Origin: Octopus vulgaris
Lineage: Eukaryota
DNA length: 64,000 nt
Direction: 5' to 3'
NCBI GenBank assembly: GCA_951406725.2
Contig: OX597828.1
Span: 55,180,001-55,244,000, forward strand
Numbering within the stretch: position 1 is the stretch's first letter; the number at the start of each line of letters is the position of its first letter. Of this stretch, positions 1 through 13,134 are shown piece after piece. A program made the position numbers and the translations under genes. The notes under the pieces are model-generated. The model was not told the DNA's origin. It was given only the letters and a program-made list of their open reading frames with translations, and ran no database searches.

Positions 1-349
1 TATGCTAATGCTAATTCTCTCGGACGCAAGTTAGCTCTGATAGACTAAATCAGTATAAAGGATCGATGTGATCGACTGAAACGTCTGAGACCCAGGATGG
101 CCGCCGTTTGATGACTGGAAAGAGTAAATGAAGTTCAAAAGAATATAAAACAGAAGTTCTCTGGGTCTCATTCCAATACATCTCTAGTCACTCGTAAACG
201 ATAAAAAGCAACGAGTACCAGATGCTATTCTCGCGATAGCTCTGGCACCGATAAAAGAAATTCCTACCTGATATTGACGTGCGCATGTGTGCATGCACAC
301 AGAGCATATGAGTGTGTATATATATATATGCCTATATATATATATATAT

Positions 350-401
<52 letters not shown>

Positions 402-1222
402 TACACACGTACATATATTTATGTATAAATACGCACATACATACACACACACATACATACATACATGCATACATATACACACACATACCCACACTTTCTC
501 TCTCTCTCTCTCTCTTTCTCTCATTCACACACAAGAGCGGAAGACTGTCGGTTTTCTTTCTTTCTTGACTTTTCTTTTTAAAGTTTAACATATATCAGAA
601 TCAAGCAACAACATGAAATAAACTTCTGTTCTAAAATTCCGTTTTATTTATTTCTTTATCTATTTATTTATTTATTTATTTATTTATCTATCCATTTATT
701 TCTTCATTTTTAAAATCTCATTTGGCTGCGTTTGTCTGTCTTACTACAGAAAATTTCCTGCATTGAAAGATTTATTGGATTCGGTTCATATTCAATGTAG
801 AAATACATTAGTATACACACTACATAAATATACAACACACACATACACATACATGCTTACACAGACATACATTTATACATACAAACATAATGCACATAGA
901 AACATGCACGCACACACATATGTATCCATATCTATATATATATGCGTATATGTATGCATATACATACATTATATATATATATGTTTGCAAATTTGTTTGC
1001 ATGCGTGTATGACTGTGTAAGTATGTGTAAATGCCTCCGTGCTTATATACCCTGTATACACACTGTATAAGCTGATGATGTAAACACTTTAATGGCGGTT
1101 AAATTAAAACATCTCAACAGAGAAACAAACAGAGAGTAACTTATCTGGACTAGTTTTTTTTTTGTATATTTACTGCAGCAACCAAAATGCATAAATATGT
1201 GTATTCATACATGCATACACAT

Positions 1223-1306
<84 letters not shown>

Positions 1307-1399
1307 TACATGTTTCTGTGTGTATTTGTGTCTTTGCATCTGTGCGTTTTCGTATGTATAACTACTAAGTATAATATGTGCATACACACACAGGCATTT

Positions 1400-1431
<32 letters not shown>

Positions 1432-1543
1432 AAAAATGGTAAATAATTTTCCTGTGGTTTTTCATGTAACCAACAATTATTTACCGGTAAATTTCGGTAT
1501 GTAAATACGACAAAATAATTGTCAAGACCTTTGTAAGGTTCAG

Positions 1544-1820
1544 TATATAGTAAAGAAAAATAAGTTGGCTAGCAGCAAGCTGTTTCGCCTCATACCGAAG
1601 GAATTAGAAATGGCAGTCAAAGACCGTTTTTCCATTTCTATAAGTGGAGATTCCAAAAACGAAGGCCCTTGTGTTTTGTGTATGTGAGCCGCAAGGGCCT
1701 TCGTTTTTGGAATCTCCACTTATAGAAATGGAAAAAACGGTCTTTGACTGCCATTTCTAATTCCTTCGGTATGAGGCGAAACAGCTTGCTGCTAGCCAAC
1801 TTATTTTTCTTTACTATATA
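1544..1820. repeat. Near-perfect inverted repeat (~128-bp arms, ~20-bp spacer) next to (TA)n
   Basis: 1544-1671 is the reverse complement of 1692-1820, with one indel in a T5/A6 run. Confidence 0.9.
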
Positions 1821-1830
1821 TATATATATT

Positions 1831-1862
<32 letters not shown>

Positions 1863-1930
1863 CATATATGTATATATATATATATACATAGATACACATA
1901 CATACATATATATACATAAATATCAAAATA

Positions 1931-2039
<109 letters not shown>

Positions 2040-2168
2040 CATACTTAAATTTACGCATTCATATATTATTTTTATATCTAGGTCGTTGCAAAAACAGTTT
2101 AGATAAGTTGTTACAAACAGAAAGTAATCATATATATATGTACACACACACACATGTAAAAATACAGA

Positions 2169-2202
<34 letters not shown>

Positions 2203-2334
2203 TCACTGTATATCATTGAAGCTTAAGTGAGTTGAGTTACGAGAGCACTATAAATAAACTCTCTCTTAAATACTGTTATCTAATTGAGTGTTTGGGGAGG
2301 CTAAGTGGGACGAAGTAAGGGAATGACAGAAGGA

Positions 2335-2386
<52 letters not shown>

Positions 2387-2860
2387 AGGAAAGAAGAAAA
2401 GAAAGAAAGAAAGAAAGAAAGAAAGGAAGGAAGGAAGAAAGACATTGAGGAAAGAAAAGAACTAGCGAAAAAATTCGTCGCTGATAGAATGAGATAGGAA
2501 GAAAAAATAGAAGGAAAAATAAGAAAAGCGTAAAAAGTAATGGATGAATGAAAGAAAGAATGAAATGAAATTAATAATTAAAGGAAGGAAAGAAAACTCA
2601 AGGAAGATTTAGAGAAAGAAAGTTTGATTGAAAAAGAGAAGAAACAAAACAGGTCCAAACCAGAGATGGGGAAACGAGATATATTTTTTTCAATTTATTT
2701 GGTGGTTAGTCGAACAAAGAGAGATATTGTTAGTATTTAAATACATCGGAAAATAAATACACGGTTTATTAGGCGGTGGTCGTTGATCTTAGATAATTAT
2801 AGAAATAAAATAAACTAGTGTTTGCGACATCCCAAGGTTGTCGTTATTTCTCTCTATCAA

Positions 2861-3197
2861 GGCGGCGAGCTGGCAGAAACGTTAGCACGCTGGGCGAAAT
2901 GCTTAGTGGTATCTCGTCTGCCGCTACGTTCTGAGTTCAAATCCCGCCGAGGTCGACTTTGCCTTTTATCCTTTCGGGGTCGATTAAATAAGTACCAGTT
3001 ACACACTGGAGTCGATGCAATCGACTTAATCCATTTGTCTGTTCTTGTTTAGCCCCTCTGTGTTTAGCCCCTTGTGGGTAGTTAAAGAAATAGGTATTTC
3101 GTCTGTCACTACGTTCATCCATTCAGGGTTGATAAATCAAGTACCAGTTGCGTACTGCCCCAAATTTCAGGCCTTGTGCCTATAATAGAAAAGATTA
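2861..3197 (+). mobile_element. tRNA-derived SINE, family B (GGCGGCGAGCTGGCAGAAAC head), plus a partial second copy
   Basis: B-box-like GAGTTCAAATCCC and conserved body GCCTTT(C/T)ATCCTTTCGGGGTCGAT..AAGTACCAG; many copies in the window. Confidence 0.85.
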
Positions 3198-3559
3198 TTT
3201 CTCTCATTCAATTTCAAGAGTTTTAGACATTGTCGCCGTTGTCGTCGATGTTGATATCTCAGTCAGGTTTTTGATTCTTCAATTTTTCTTTGCTTTTTTT
3301 CCACGAAATATTTTAACTGAGGAAGGTCTTGATTAATGGACGCGTTTCCTATTATATGTTACGCAGATCTGGTTTAACTTCATTATTACAACTTATATGA
3401 CTCGATGTCAGAACAAACCAGCTGTTCCAGACCTCACTTACGCGGATACTCTAACAGCGATTTGAAGTAGTTTGTTACATTTGACTCGAGTCAAATAAAG
3501 TTCTGCAGATTTCTAAGAGCAACGCGTTTCTATTTCGATGTTCTTTGTCTTAAATCATT

Positions 3560-3870
3560 CGTTACACACCCTGCGACCTCTTCAACAACTCTCCATCCCA
3601 TGTTCTCCTCCTGTTCTGTTTTATCCATTCTCTGGGAATTTCTTTTATTATCGGCTTCTTTCCACCTTTTCGTCAGTAGTCTTAGCTCTTTACTCATTTT
3701 TGCATTCATGAGTCTTCACGCCACCTTCGCTCCGGAATACTCTTCCACAGACGCTACATATCCTTCTGATTTCACCCTACTGTCTTTCAGTGTCCCGTCT
3801 CGTAATCCGAAAACTCCTACCAAACACGTAATCCATGTGTTGCGACCTGTCTGGCACATTATCCTCCCCG
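3560..3870 (-). pseudogene. Decayed LINE N-terminal fragment with a C2H2-like zinc finger
   Basis: Minus strand 3758-3708 reads CSVCGRVFRSEGGVKTH, like the N-terminal zinc finger of RLE (R2-group) retrotransposons. Stops lie on both sides. Confidence 0.35.
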
Positions 3871-4679
3871 ACACCGCGCTCTGCCTGGGGGTTTCATATA
3901 CAATACAACACAAAGACTTGCTTTATTTAAATTATCTCCGCTCTCAAATGGCAATTAAAAAGACCAGCCGCATTTGAGAAGGGGAGATAGTCTCAAAAAT
4001 CAAAGATTCTCCTTAATTAGCACGTCATTTAAGAAAAGGATTATCGTCTGGATATAAACGAACAGTTGCAGCCACTTGTTTCTGCTTCAATAACCGTCAT
4101 CAGTGACAGTTGTCCGACCTAATCTCTAGTAGCCAAAGAACTCAGACTCATACAGAAAAGAGTAGAAAGCACTAATGGCCTAAGTAATCTGTAAAAAAAA
4201 CTCATTTTTGTTAAATGAATAAATAATTCAACATTCTAATATCCGAAAGCTGATGAACCAACTAAATTGTTTCTCCATTTTCTTATTTGTATAATATATA
4301 TATACATACATATATATATATATATAGGTTATGAGAGGTAATGGTGTCATTGAGACCCAAAGGTGTTACGTAATGCTGAATAAGTGCTATAGATGGACCG
4401 CAGTTACGTTCCAGGTCCGGTGATTATGCGAATAAGGGGTTCAAAGTTGGTCATATGTCAGCATGTGTATATATAAATTTTATTTCGCTGTGTACATATC
4501 CCTTCATCGGAGACGGTGTGAGAAGATGGTTAAGAAATAGTTAATTTAGATATGATATAAAATAGGGAGTGAGGTGGAGGAAATAAAAGAAAATAGATGT
4601 GAGGTGTGTGTGGGGTTTTTGGAACATAAAATCCGCGATAGTCGAGGGATTACCGTATATATTCATTTATTTGCTTCAA

Positions 4680-4872
4680 ATTTTGAAACAAGGCTAGCAA
4701 TTTCGGGGAAGGAGATAAGTCGATTACTCAAATGGTACATAATTTATCGACCCCAAAATGATGAAAAGCAAAACCGACATCGGCGGAGCTTGAACTCAGA
4801 ACCTAAGGACAGATGAAATGCTTCGAAGCATTTTACCCGGAGTGCTAACGATTCTACCAGTTCACTGCCTTA
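4680..4872 (-). mobile_element. Diverged SINE family B copy
   Basis: Reverse-complement similarity to family B (TTTATCGACCCC..., TGAACTCAGAAC). Confidence 0.7.
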
Positions 4873-5915
4873 AATGTATTCCTTTATTAATTTTCTCAAA
4901 ATCAAAGTCCAAATTTACACAGTTTCACTGATAAAAGTATAGACTAGTGCCATAAAAGTTGTAGATAGCAGCGTAAAGTAGAACACGGCAAAATCAAGAT
5001 ACAGACACAGTTTCCTCTCGCATTTAGCATCGATAAGGCAAAAAACAGATGTACTTATATAATTCCATATAAGAATATATTTTAAGATTTTCTGTAAACT
5101 AATTTTGGGATCATAACCTTTAGAGGAAAGATTCTAATCTGACAACTGAAGGGTCGTGATTTCCACGTAGTCAGCTCTGTTTTTATCTGTTTCTTTTTCT
5201 ATGTTTTTTTTTTCTTCTCTACCAGGCATGTTACCTTAAGGATATTTTTGAGATATCGGTATTACCAGATATCCGGAATCAATAATCTAGAGCTGTAAAT
5301 ATGGCAACAAGTTTACGAGAAAAATTGCGTATCAAATTATTCAACCGGCATCAACTGGTGTCAGCTGGTTTATTTAAGTCTGTTTTTCCATAAAAGTATT
5401 CTCAGTTGAGATGGACTAAGTATTAATGACCTAGCCAGAGAAAGGCGGGTCGGAGCAGGAAAATCAATTACTGGGGGGTTCGTCGGTGGACAGAATATTT
5501 AACAATGTCGATATAAGCAAATAAAAAAAAACAATTGTTACTGTTTAACCCCAGCCATAGTCGAATCGTGCTATGATCATATTCCAGTCATTCTTTTATT
5601 TCTATACGTACTAAATTTAGGACTACAGTAATTGATGTGCCCTGGTTATTTTGTTTAAAAAAATACTGGGTTACCTTTGGAGGAGATTTCGTAGCTATTT
5701 CTTGCAGATCAAACAACGGTAAGACTATAATATGAATAGTTACTAAAATTGGTAAATCCTTTCAACTACTTAAAGATATCATTTGGAAAATATGAAATGA
5801 AAGAAGTGTAAGGTCGACAATTTTGTAAGTAGAAAATAAGGAATTCTAAAACACCGATTCATATGCACCGATGCGGACGAATGATGGTTGGAACCGGCAA
5901 AATAATAATAATAAC

Positions 5916-5990
<75 letters not shown>

Positions 5991-6559
5991 TAACAACAGC
6001 AACAACAACAACAACAAAAACAACAACAATAATAATAATAATAATAATAATAATGATAATAATAATAATACGAAGAAGAAGAAGAAGAAGAAGAAGAAGA
6101 AGAAGAAGAAGAAGAAGAAGAAGAAGAACAACAACAACAACAACAACAATAATTATCCTTTCTACTATCAGCACAAAGCACAAAGCATGAAATTTTTTTA
6201 CGGGGTGGGGGGACTACTCGATTACATCGACCACAGTGCATTGTAAGGGACCCTATAGATCCCGAGTCACTCTGATAAAACCAGGTGGACTATGGTAAGC
6301 GTTCTTCTCTCCTCTGTAAATTCCAGCCTACACGCACATGCTTAGAGTAGGTTCATTTATTCGGGCCATCTTCGGTACATTTACCCACATTTCAACAATT
6401 TTTACTGAGAGACACTTCCCTCTTCATCTTCACTTTCCTTTCCAAGTGGAACCTGAAAAGCCGAAAAGGAAAGTACCTGTCTCCAGCCCTTTCAATCCCG
6501 ACTAGCACATGACCTCTTTTGCTATAGCCCCCAAAGAGTGGCTATGGCAAAAGAGGCTG

Positions 6560-6770
6560 TTTTGTGGACGAGGCTGTGACCTATCCTTTCCGGCCAGTCA
6601 TTTATCATTCCTCTTACCAGATGCTTACCAGATGTCCACTCCACCTCAAACGACTTTGCAGAATGATCGATTCTACAGTTCTACTACAACTCTCAAGTAA
6701 CTCTATATCACTGAACACCATTCTCTAGTTTATTCCAAGAATTTTCCGAAGACGGTGTTGATGGAAACCC
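6560..6770 (-). mobile_element. RTE-clade LINE fragment
   Basis: Homologous to 12230-12395 (AATGATCGATTCTACA..., TTTTCCGAAGAC). Confidence 0.6.
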
Positions 6771-6779
6771 CTCTTCCAC

Positions 6780-7130
6780 AGAGCAATGCCCGCAAGTTGG
6801 CAGGGCGTTTGTCACAACGGAGCCGGCTGATAACCGGTCTCGTCATTCACATGGAGAAAGGTGTTCCACATACATAACTAACTCCACATGTTGGCAATGC
6901 TCGGGCACTGTACGAGAGCATGTAGAACTGTTTCGTCGTTCTGCGCGTATTCGGACAGGTGCAGCTGACAGCACCACACTGCTTATACAGTTTATCTCGA
7001 ACCGACAATGCATCCGGTAGTACTACTAGGTCAAGGGCTTCTGGAAGTTATCCATGGTCCCTGGCCTTTGGATCCTCTGGAACGGAACAGCAAGGTGATT
7101 TACGTCAACGACCAGAGTCTCCCCAAGAAC
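6780..7130 (+). mobile_element. Probable Tx1/L1-like LINE fragment
   Basis: GC-richer, coding-like remnant resembling in style the Tx1-like pieces at 56690-58245; weak evidence. Confidence 0.3.
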
Positions 7131-7411
7131 ATTTTCGCGTAAGAGATGAAATATTATTTTTATCTATTGCGCAATTAACTGAAACGCGCATATTAAATGC
7201 ATTCAAAATAATATTACTTGACTTGACTATACGTACAGCCGGCCATTTCTTTTCCTTCTTTGGACCTTTTCCCTTTCTCCTTTCCGACGAACGGCTTTGC
7301 TCGAAACGTCAAACGCTATCCTTTCACCGTGCCTTCAGCTAAAACATTTCTTGTACACGTCTTCATGTTGTCTGTTTTTATTTGTTTATTTGAATTGACT
7401 GTGCGTGTGTA

Positions 7412-7817
7412 CTCTCTTTTACTCTTTTACTTGTTTCAGTCATCTGACTGTGGCCATGCTGGAGCACCGCCTTTAGTCGAACAAATCGACCCCAAGACTT
7501 ATTCTTTGTAAGCCTAGTACTCATTCTATCGGTCTCTTTTGCCGAACCGCTAAGTTACAGGGACGTAAACACACCACCATCGGTTGTCAAGCGATGTTGG
7601 GGGACAAACAAAGACACACAAACATGTACACACACATACATACATAGATACATATATACGACGGGCTTCTTTCAGTTTCCGCCTACCAAATCCACTCACA
7701 AGGCCTTGGTCGACCCGAGGCTATAGTAGAAGACACTTGACCAAGGTGCCACGCAGTGGGAATGAACCCGGAACCATGTGGTTGGTAAGCAAGCTAATTA
7801 CCAAGCAGCCACTCCTA
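7412..7817 (-). mobile_element. tRNA-derived SINE, family A (CORE-like CCTTGGGCAAGT motif, internal (TA)/(TG) tract)
   Basis: Reverse complement of GGAGTGGCTG...GGTTCCGGGTTCA...GGCGGTGCTCCAGCATGGCC.CAGTCA.ATGACTGAAACAAGTAAAAGAG. Confidence 0.9.
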
Positions 7818-7850
7818 GTTCAATCAAATTCCAACGTAGTTTGATTTTTA

Positions 7851-7914
<64 letters not shown>

Positions 7915-8279
7915 CTTTTTTTTCATGTTTTACAATTTTACAATATTACATGTTACAATAACGCTAGTACTTTCATGTTGTCCGCAGTCTTAAGGTCTAT
8001 TTAGAAGCTGCTTTAACATTTTTACAACAGCAGTGAAATAACTATTTCCTTGAAATACTTTCTGACAAGCTCCAGCTGGTTGAATCTTATAATCATTATT
8101 TCAACCAATCATTACAGTTTGACGCATGCACTGACACAGCTGACATCGACAGAGATTCCTCATTTAAAGTCATTTTAATCGATCAGGGTCATCTGCAAAG
8201 GATTTAACTACATTCAGACATTTCTCAACGTCTGAAAACCGTCGAATACATTTAAATCAATACTGATAATATTTTTTTA

Positions 8280-8500
8280 AGACAGTGAGCTGGTAGAATT
8301 GTTAGCACGCCGAGTGAAATGTTTAACGGCATTTTATCCGTCTTCATGCTCTGAGTTCAAATTCCGCCGAGGTCGAGTTTGTCTTTCATCCTTTCGGGGT
8401 CGACAAAATAAGTATTAGTTGAGTATTGGGGACGATGTAATCGACTTACTCCTGCCCCTGAAATTGCTGGCCTTGTGAGGAAAATTTGAAATCAATATTA
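8280..8500 (+). mobile_element. SINE family B
   Basis: GAGTTCAAATTCCGCCGAGGTCGA...CATCCTTTCGGGGTCGA. Confidence 0.8.
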
Positions 8501-8539
8501 TTATTTGTTTTTATTTCTTAATCTTATGTGTTATGCTGC

Positions 8540-9650
8540 TTCATTCTGCTGGATAGCAAGTCACATCCTGCAACCTTAGGTATTCAGCACCTTTCCCAAG
8601 ATTCTTGCTGCTCCCCATAAACAGGCTAGCGGAATAAAAGAGAAGTTTAGGTCATAACCAAGATGTGCCTCGAAATTTCTGCTTACAATACTCAACGCGT
8701 CGATGACAAGCGACACCACCTTTACAGTGTTACATTCCCATAACTGCCCAATCTCATATCTCAAATCATTGTAGTTATTAAGCTTTTCCTGTTCTTTCTC
8801 TTTCATTATGGTATCAAAAGGACATGCTATATCCACCATTATACATTCACGAGATATATTGTGCAAGATAACGATGTCGGACTGTGAGTGTTCCATGACC
8901 TTATCCGTCTGCAATTTACAATCCCACAAGATCTTTGTGTTTTCATTTTCGAGCACCTTCTCTACTTTGTGATTATAGCAATTCCCACAATTCTTCTTAC
9001 AGATTTCCCGATGCACGACATTCGCTATCCTATTATGTCACCAGTTCTAATACCCATTTTGGTGCTAATTTGGGGTATTCTGAAACTACGTGTGTAACCG
9101 TTTCTTCTCTGTCACCACACATCCTACTCTTCCTGTCAATATTTTCATTGTGAATGACTTTCCTAATATTTCTCGTATGCAATGCTTGCTCCTTGGCAAC
9201 CACAATCATTACTTCAATCTCTCTCTTCAAGCCACTTGTCTTCAGTCAGTTACAAAGAGTTTGCCATGCAAATGTTTATTGGAATAGGCGTTTTCCCGTT
9301 CGGATCGATCGTCTTCCTTCTCCTTCCCACCATCAAAGATTTTTTCCTTATATATCGACTTAACATTTCTTTGCTTTCGTGGATATACTTTTTGAAATTA
9401 ACAACCTCCATATTCATGCAATCCTCAACCCTTATCATCCCTCGTCCTCCTTTCTCTTCTTCACGAATAACCGATGAACGTTTTCTTGGGTATGGAATGC
9501 CCTATATATCGAGAACAATTTTCTGGTCTTTTTGTCCAAGATCATTTGACCATAATTCGTCCACTTGGCTATACCACCTCAATACGTTGTGCCCATAAGC
9601 CAAGAGTTAACAGTGGAGATAGTGTTTACTCCATTCAATTTCGATTTCAA
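8540..9650 (-). mobile_element. 5'-truncated Dong/R4-like non-LTR retrotransposon (restriction-like endonuclease), pseudogenised
   Basis: Degenerate CCHC knuckle (SRMCGDREETVTHVVSE), ILWDCKLQTD, SDIV...VDIACPFD, EQEKLNNYNDL. Frameshifts present. Confidence 0.85.
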
Positions 9651-9809
9651 GATCATCATCATCATCATCATCATCTTCTTCTTCTTCTTCTTCTTCTTCT
9701 TCTTCTTCTTCTTCTTCTTCTTCTTCTTCTTCTTCTTCTTCTTCTTCTTCTTCTTCTTCTTCTTCTTCTTCTTCTTCTTCTTCTTCTTCTTCTTCTTCTT
9801 CTTCTTCTC

Positions 9810-9987
9810 CGGGCAAAATGCTTAACCTTATTTCGTCCATCTTTACGTCCTATGTTCAAATCCCGCCAAGTCTAACTTTGCTTTTCATCCTTTCAGGGAC
9901 GATAAAATAAGTACCAGTTAAGAACTGGGGTCAATGTAATCGACTTGCCTCCTCCAAATTTCAGGCTTTGTGCCTTTTGTAGAAAAG

Positions 9988-9990
<3 letters not shown>
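9810..9990 (+). mobile_element. SINE family B, partial
   Basis: GTTCAAATCCCGCC...TTTCATCCTTTCAGGGACGATAAAATAAGTACCAG, followed by an (ATT)n tail. Confidence 0.75.
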
Positions 9991-10056
<66 letters not shown>

Positions 10057-10094
10057 TGTAGTAGTAGTAGCACCTTATGTATATATATGCGCGC

Positions 10095-10174
<80 letters not shown>

Positions 10175-10334
10175 ATGTATACATACATTTAGATATATGT
10201 ATGTATGTGTGTATGCATGTATGTATATCGATAAACCACGTGCGCTGGCGAGAGATAGAACCCAATATCGTTAAAAATAGAAGATTATATTTATTGATTA
10301 ATATAAGTATGGAAACTTACAAATAAGCCTTTAA

Positions 10335-11474
10335 GTTTCTGGGTCAACAATTCGATGATCGTGGCACGTCTTCAGCTGCGCAATTACGGTGCGCGTGGAA
10401 CAATCGATTCCAAAATATGAAAACACAGGCACCGCCGGTGGGTAAATAAAAACAACTCTCAGGCATTAGATCAGGCTTGATTGCAAAATCGGTCAAGCTA
10501 AAGCATTAGACCCAAGCAAAAAACAACAAAAAAAAATCGTGCAATAGCTGTACAACAACATGTACTAAACGAATATGAAGGAAAAAAATGCGAGGAGGCG
10601 AACGGAGGGCGGGGGAGAGGACTCGCAAAATTCATATCGAGAATGTTCCGAGTCCTCTCACCACTTCCCCGTCCATCGGCGAATTTTTTTTTCTTCATAT
10701 TCTTTTACTACACGTTATCGAAAAATACCTTAGGAATGAGAACCCATGTTCGAAATTTCCTCAAGACACCTGATGAAGTCTGAAGGGTATATCAGTCGAA
10801 ACGTTGTGTTAACAACAGACAAGATGAGGACAAATATTCGTCAAATGAGGATGGGTGGGGTGCGGACTCGGATAATTCACACGATCCAGTAACCTCACTT
10901 CGACATCCAGTCACAAAAATTGAAAAAAAAAAATAGTGTAATAGGTGTAAAACAACATGTAGTAAACGAATATGAAAAAAATGCGCGCTGGCGAAGTGGG
11001 AGGGGCGGGCGGGGGAGAGGACCAGGACAATTCACACGAACAGATTTTTTTCCCTAAAGAAAATGAATATTCTTCCCAACCCCACGGTTTCGGGTTCAGC
11101 CCCACTGCATGGCACACCCCGTCCGCCAGCGCGAATCATTTTTTTTTTCATATTCGTTTACTTCATGTTGTTTTACACCTATTACACTATTTTTTTTTTC
11201 ATTTTTGTGACCGGGTGTTAACGTTGAGTTTTCGGATCATGTGAGATTGATCGTGTGAATTTTCCGAGTCGTCTCCCCGCCCCTCCCGTTCGCCAGCACA
11301 CATTTTTTCATATTCGTTAACTACATGTTGTTTTACGCCTTTTGCACTATTTTTTTTTCTTTGCTCGGGTCAAACGCTTTAGTTTGACCGCAAAATCTTG
11401 GCAAAAACCCTAATACGCTTTGAAGCTAAAACTTTGAAGACGTACAACGATCATCGAGTTCGTGTCAGAGAAAC
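10335..11474. mobile_element. Non-autonomous foldback DNA transposon with TTAA flanks and internal inverted subrepeats
   Basis: Imperfect TIRs GTTTCTGGGTCAACAATTCGATGATCGTGGCACGTCTTCA / TGAAGACGTACAACGATCATCGAGTTCGTGTCAGAGAAAC. TTAA at 10331-10334 and 11475-11478. 10492-10640 is inverted at ~11250-11390. Confidence 0.75.
10765..10810 (+). ncRNA. Minimal type I hammerhead-like motif (Penelope-like terminal fragment)
   Basis: GACAC-CTGATGA-A-GTCTGA..TCAGTC-GAAA-CG-TT-GTGTT. Confidence 0.6.
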
Positions 11475-11532
11475 TTAAAGTGCAACATGTACTTCTTCAT
11501 ACCTGTATCAACGAATATATATATATATTCAT

Positions 11533-11575
<43 letters not shown>

Positions 11576-11689
11576 AACACACACACACATACATACACGC
11601 ATACATACGGCTGATTTTTCGTATACAAGCAAGGCCATTGCTAGAAAGAATCATTGAAATGAGTCATGATAATGCAACGCGAGGCCCTT

Positions 11690-12560
11690 AAATGACTCTT
11701 GGGTCACCCAAAAGATTGTCACATTTTATTGCATGATGCACAGTTGTGCTGGCTGGCAGAAGGAACCGGCACCACAGTATGAAATCTTTTGATATATCAT
11801 TTTTATCCGCCAACTAAACTGCACACCTTTCCACAGATTGCACATGTTCTGTTGTCAACAATAGTTGTCCATAATTTACAAGGGGACGATACCCGTGGTT
11901 TCTTTGATGGCTGACCAGACCAGCACAACTCACGTATTTCCTCCTACAAATCACACATGTAACCATCAATACACCTTCATTTTTTAATGGTTCATTCTTT
12001 CTAAGCTTTCTCCTGATCTTCTCATGCTTCATTCTCTTTCTTTCAAACTCCGAGCAACCACTGTGCACTCTTTTCCTCCATCTATTTCGGTCTTGCGCTT
12101 CTCTCTCCCAATCAATATCTGAAATACCTGTTTGTGTCAAAGCAGTTTTAAGGCAGTCTTTGAACCTTAATTTGGGTTTATATGCTGGCTTTTTACGACC
12201 CTAAAGCTTGCCAAACAAAAGTTGCTTAGGAAGTCTTATCATTCATTCTCACCAGATATCCACCCCACATCAGACGATCTTGCACAATGATCGATTCTAC
12301 ACTTCTGCTACGACTTCTATCAAGTACCTCTACATCACCGATCGCCATTCTCCAGCTTATCCTAAGTATTTTCCGAAGACAAAGTTGATGGAATCGTTCT
12401 AAATGCTTGAAATGTTTACTATAAATAGTCCAAGTCTCACTTCCATAGAGTACTGATGGCAAAACACGTGTGTTATGAACCTTAACTTTAGTTTGGATAA
12501 ATATGCTATGGCGTGACCAGAGCCGGTTGTCAAGCCTACCAAACGCATCACTAGCTGTGT
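11690..12560 (-). mobile_element. RTE-clade LINE 3' portion, pseudogenised
   Basis: PSVLYGSETWT, LERFHQLCLRKILRISW, RLMWGGYLVRM, WEREAQDRNRWR, and C-terminal CVICRRKYVSCAGLVSH. Confidence 0.85.
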
Positions 12561-12602
12561 TGATTCTCTCTCTCTCTTTCTCTCTCTCTCTATATATATA
12601 TA

Positions 12603-12653
<51 letters not shown>

Positions 12654-13134
12654 TTAATTCATTAATAGCGAAACAATTGTCCCAAAATAATCTGTATTTT
12701 TGTTATTTTTTATTTGCCCTGTCCGTGTGAGCTAACAGTCGTACCGGCTTTCATGGGAAACATGTATTTTTCGTGGTTGAAACCTCTTGGATTAACTGGT
12801 GCTAGAGTGATCAATATAGTGAACACTCTCTTATATTTATTTTGTGAAAATATTATAATATGTTATAAAATATTATAATAATCCAGGTTTCTCGTAGCAC
12901 TAGGCCACTTGGTGTGGAATAAATATACTATTAAATTAGTATCTAATTCTCTCACCCTTATTAATTAATTATAATTATGCTGCATTTATTTCTAAATGCT
13001 GTATTTGTTTTCCGTGAGAGTTTGGCGCGCTGTTGGTTGGGGCATTTGAATTATAACGTCCGATGTAATCAATTGAACCGCACGCGTATTTATCGTTATG
13101 GTAAAATCTGGCGTGTGATTGAGTGGATTTCATC

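Noticed and set aside
1071-1120. CTGATGA motif (also near 4250)
   Set aside because: No correctly placed GAAA or stems.
5900-6150. Poly-N/K/E/Y/S homopolymer ORFs (also 9650-9810, 24740-25190, 44470-44810, 61805-62240)
   Set aside because: Trinucleotide microsatellites open in several frames.
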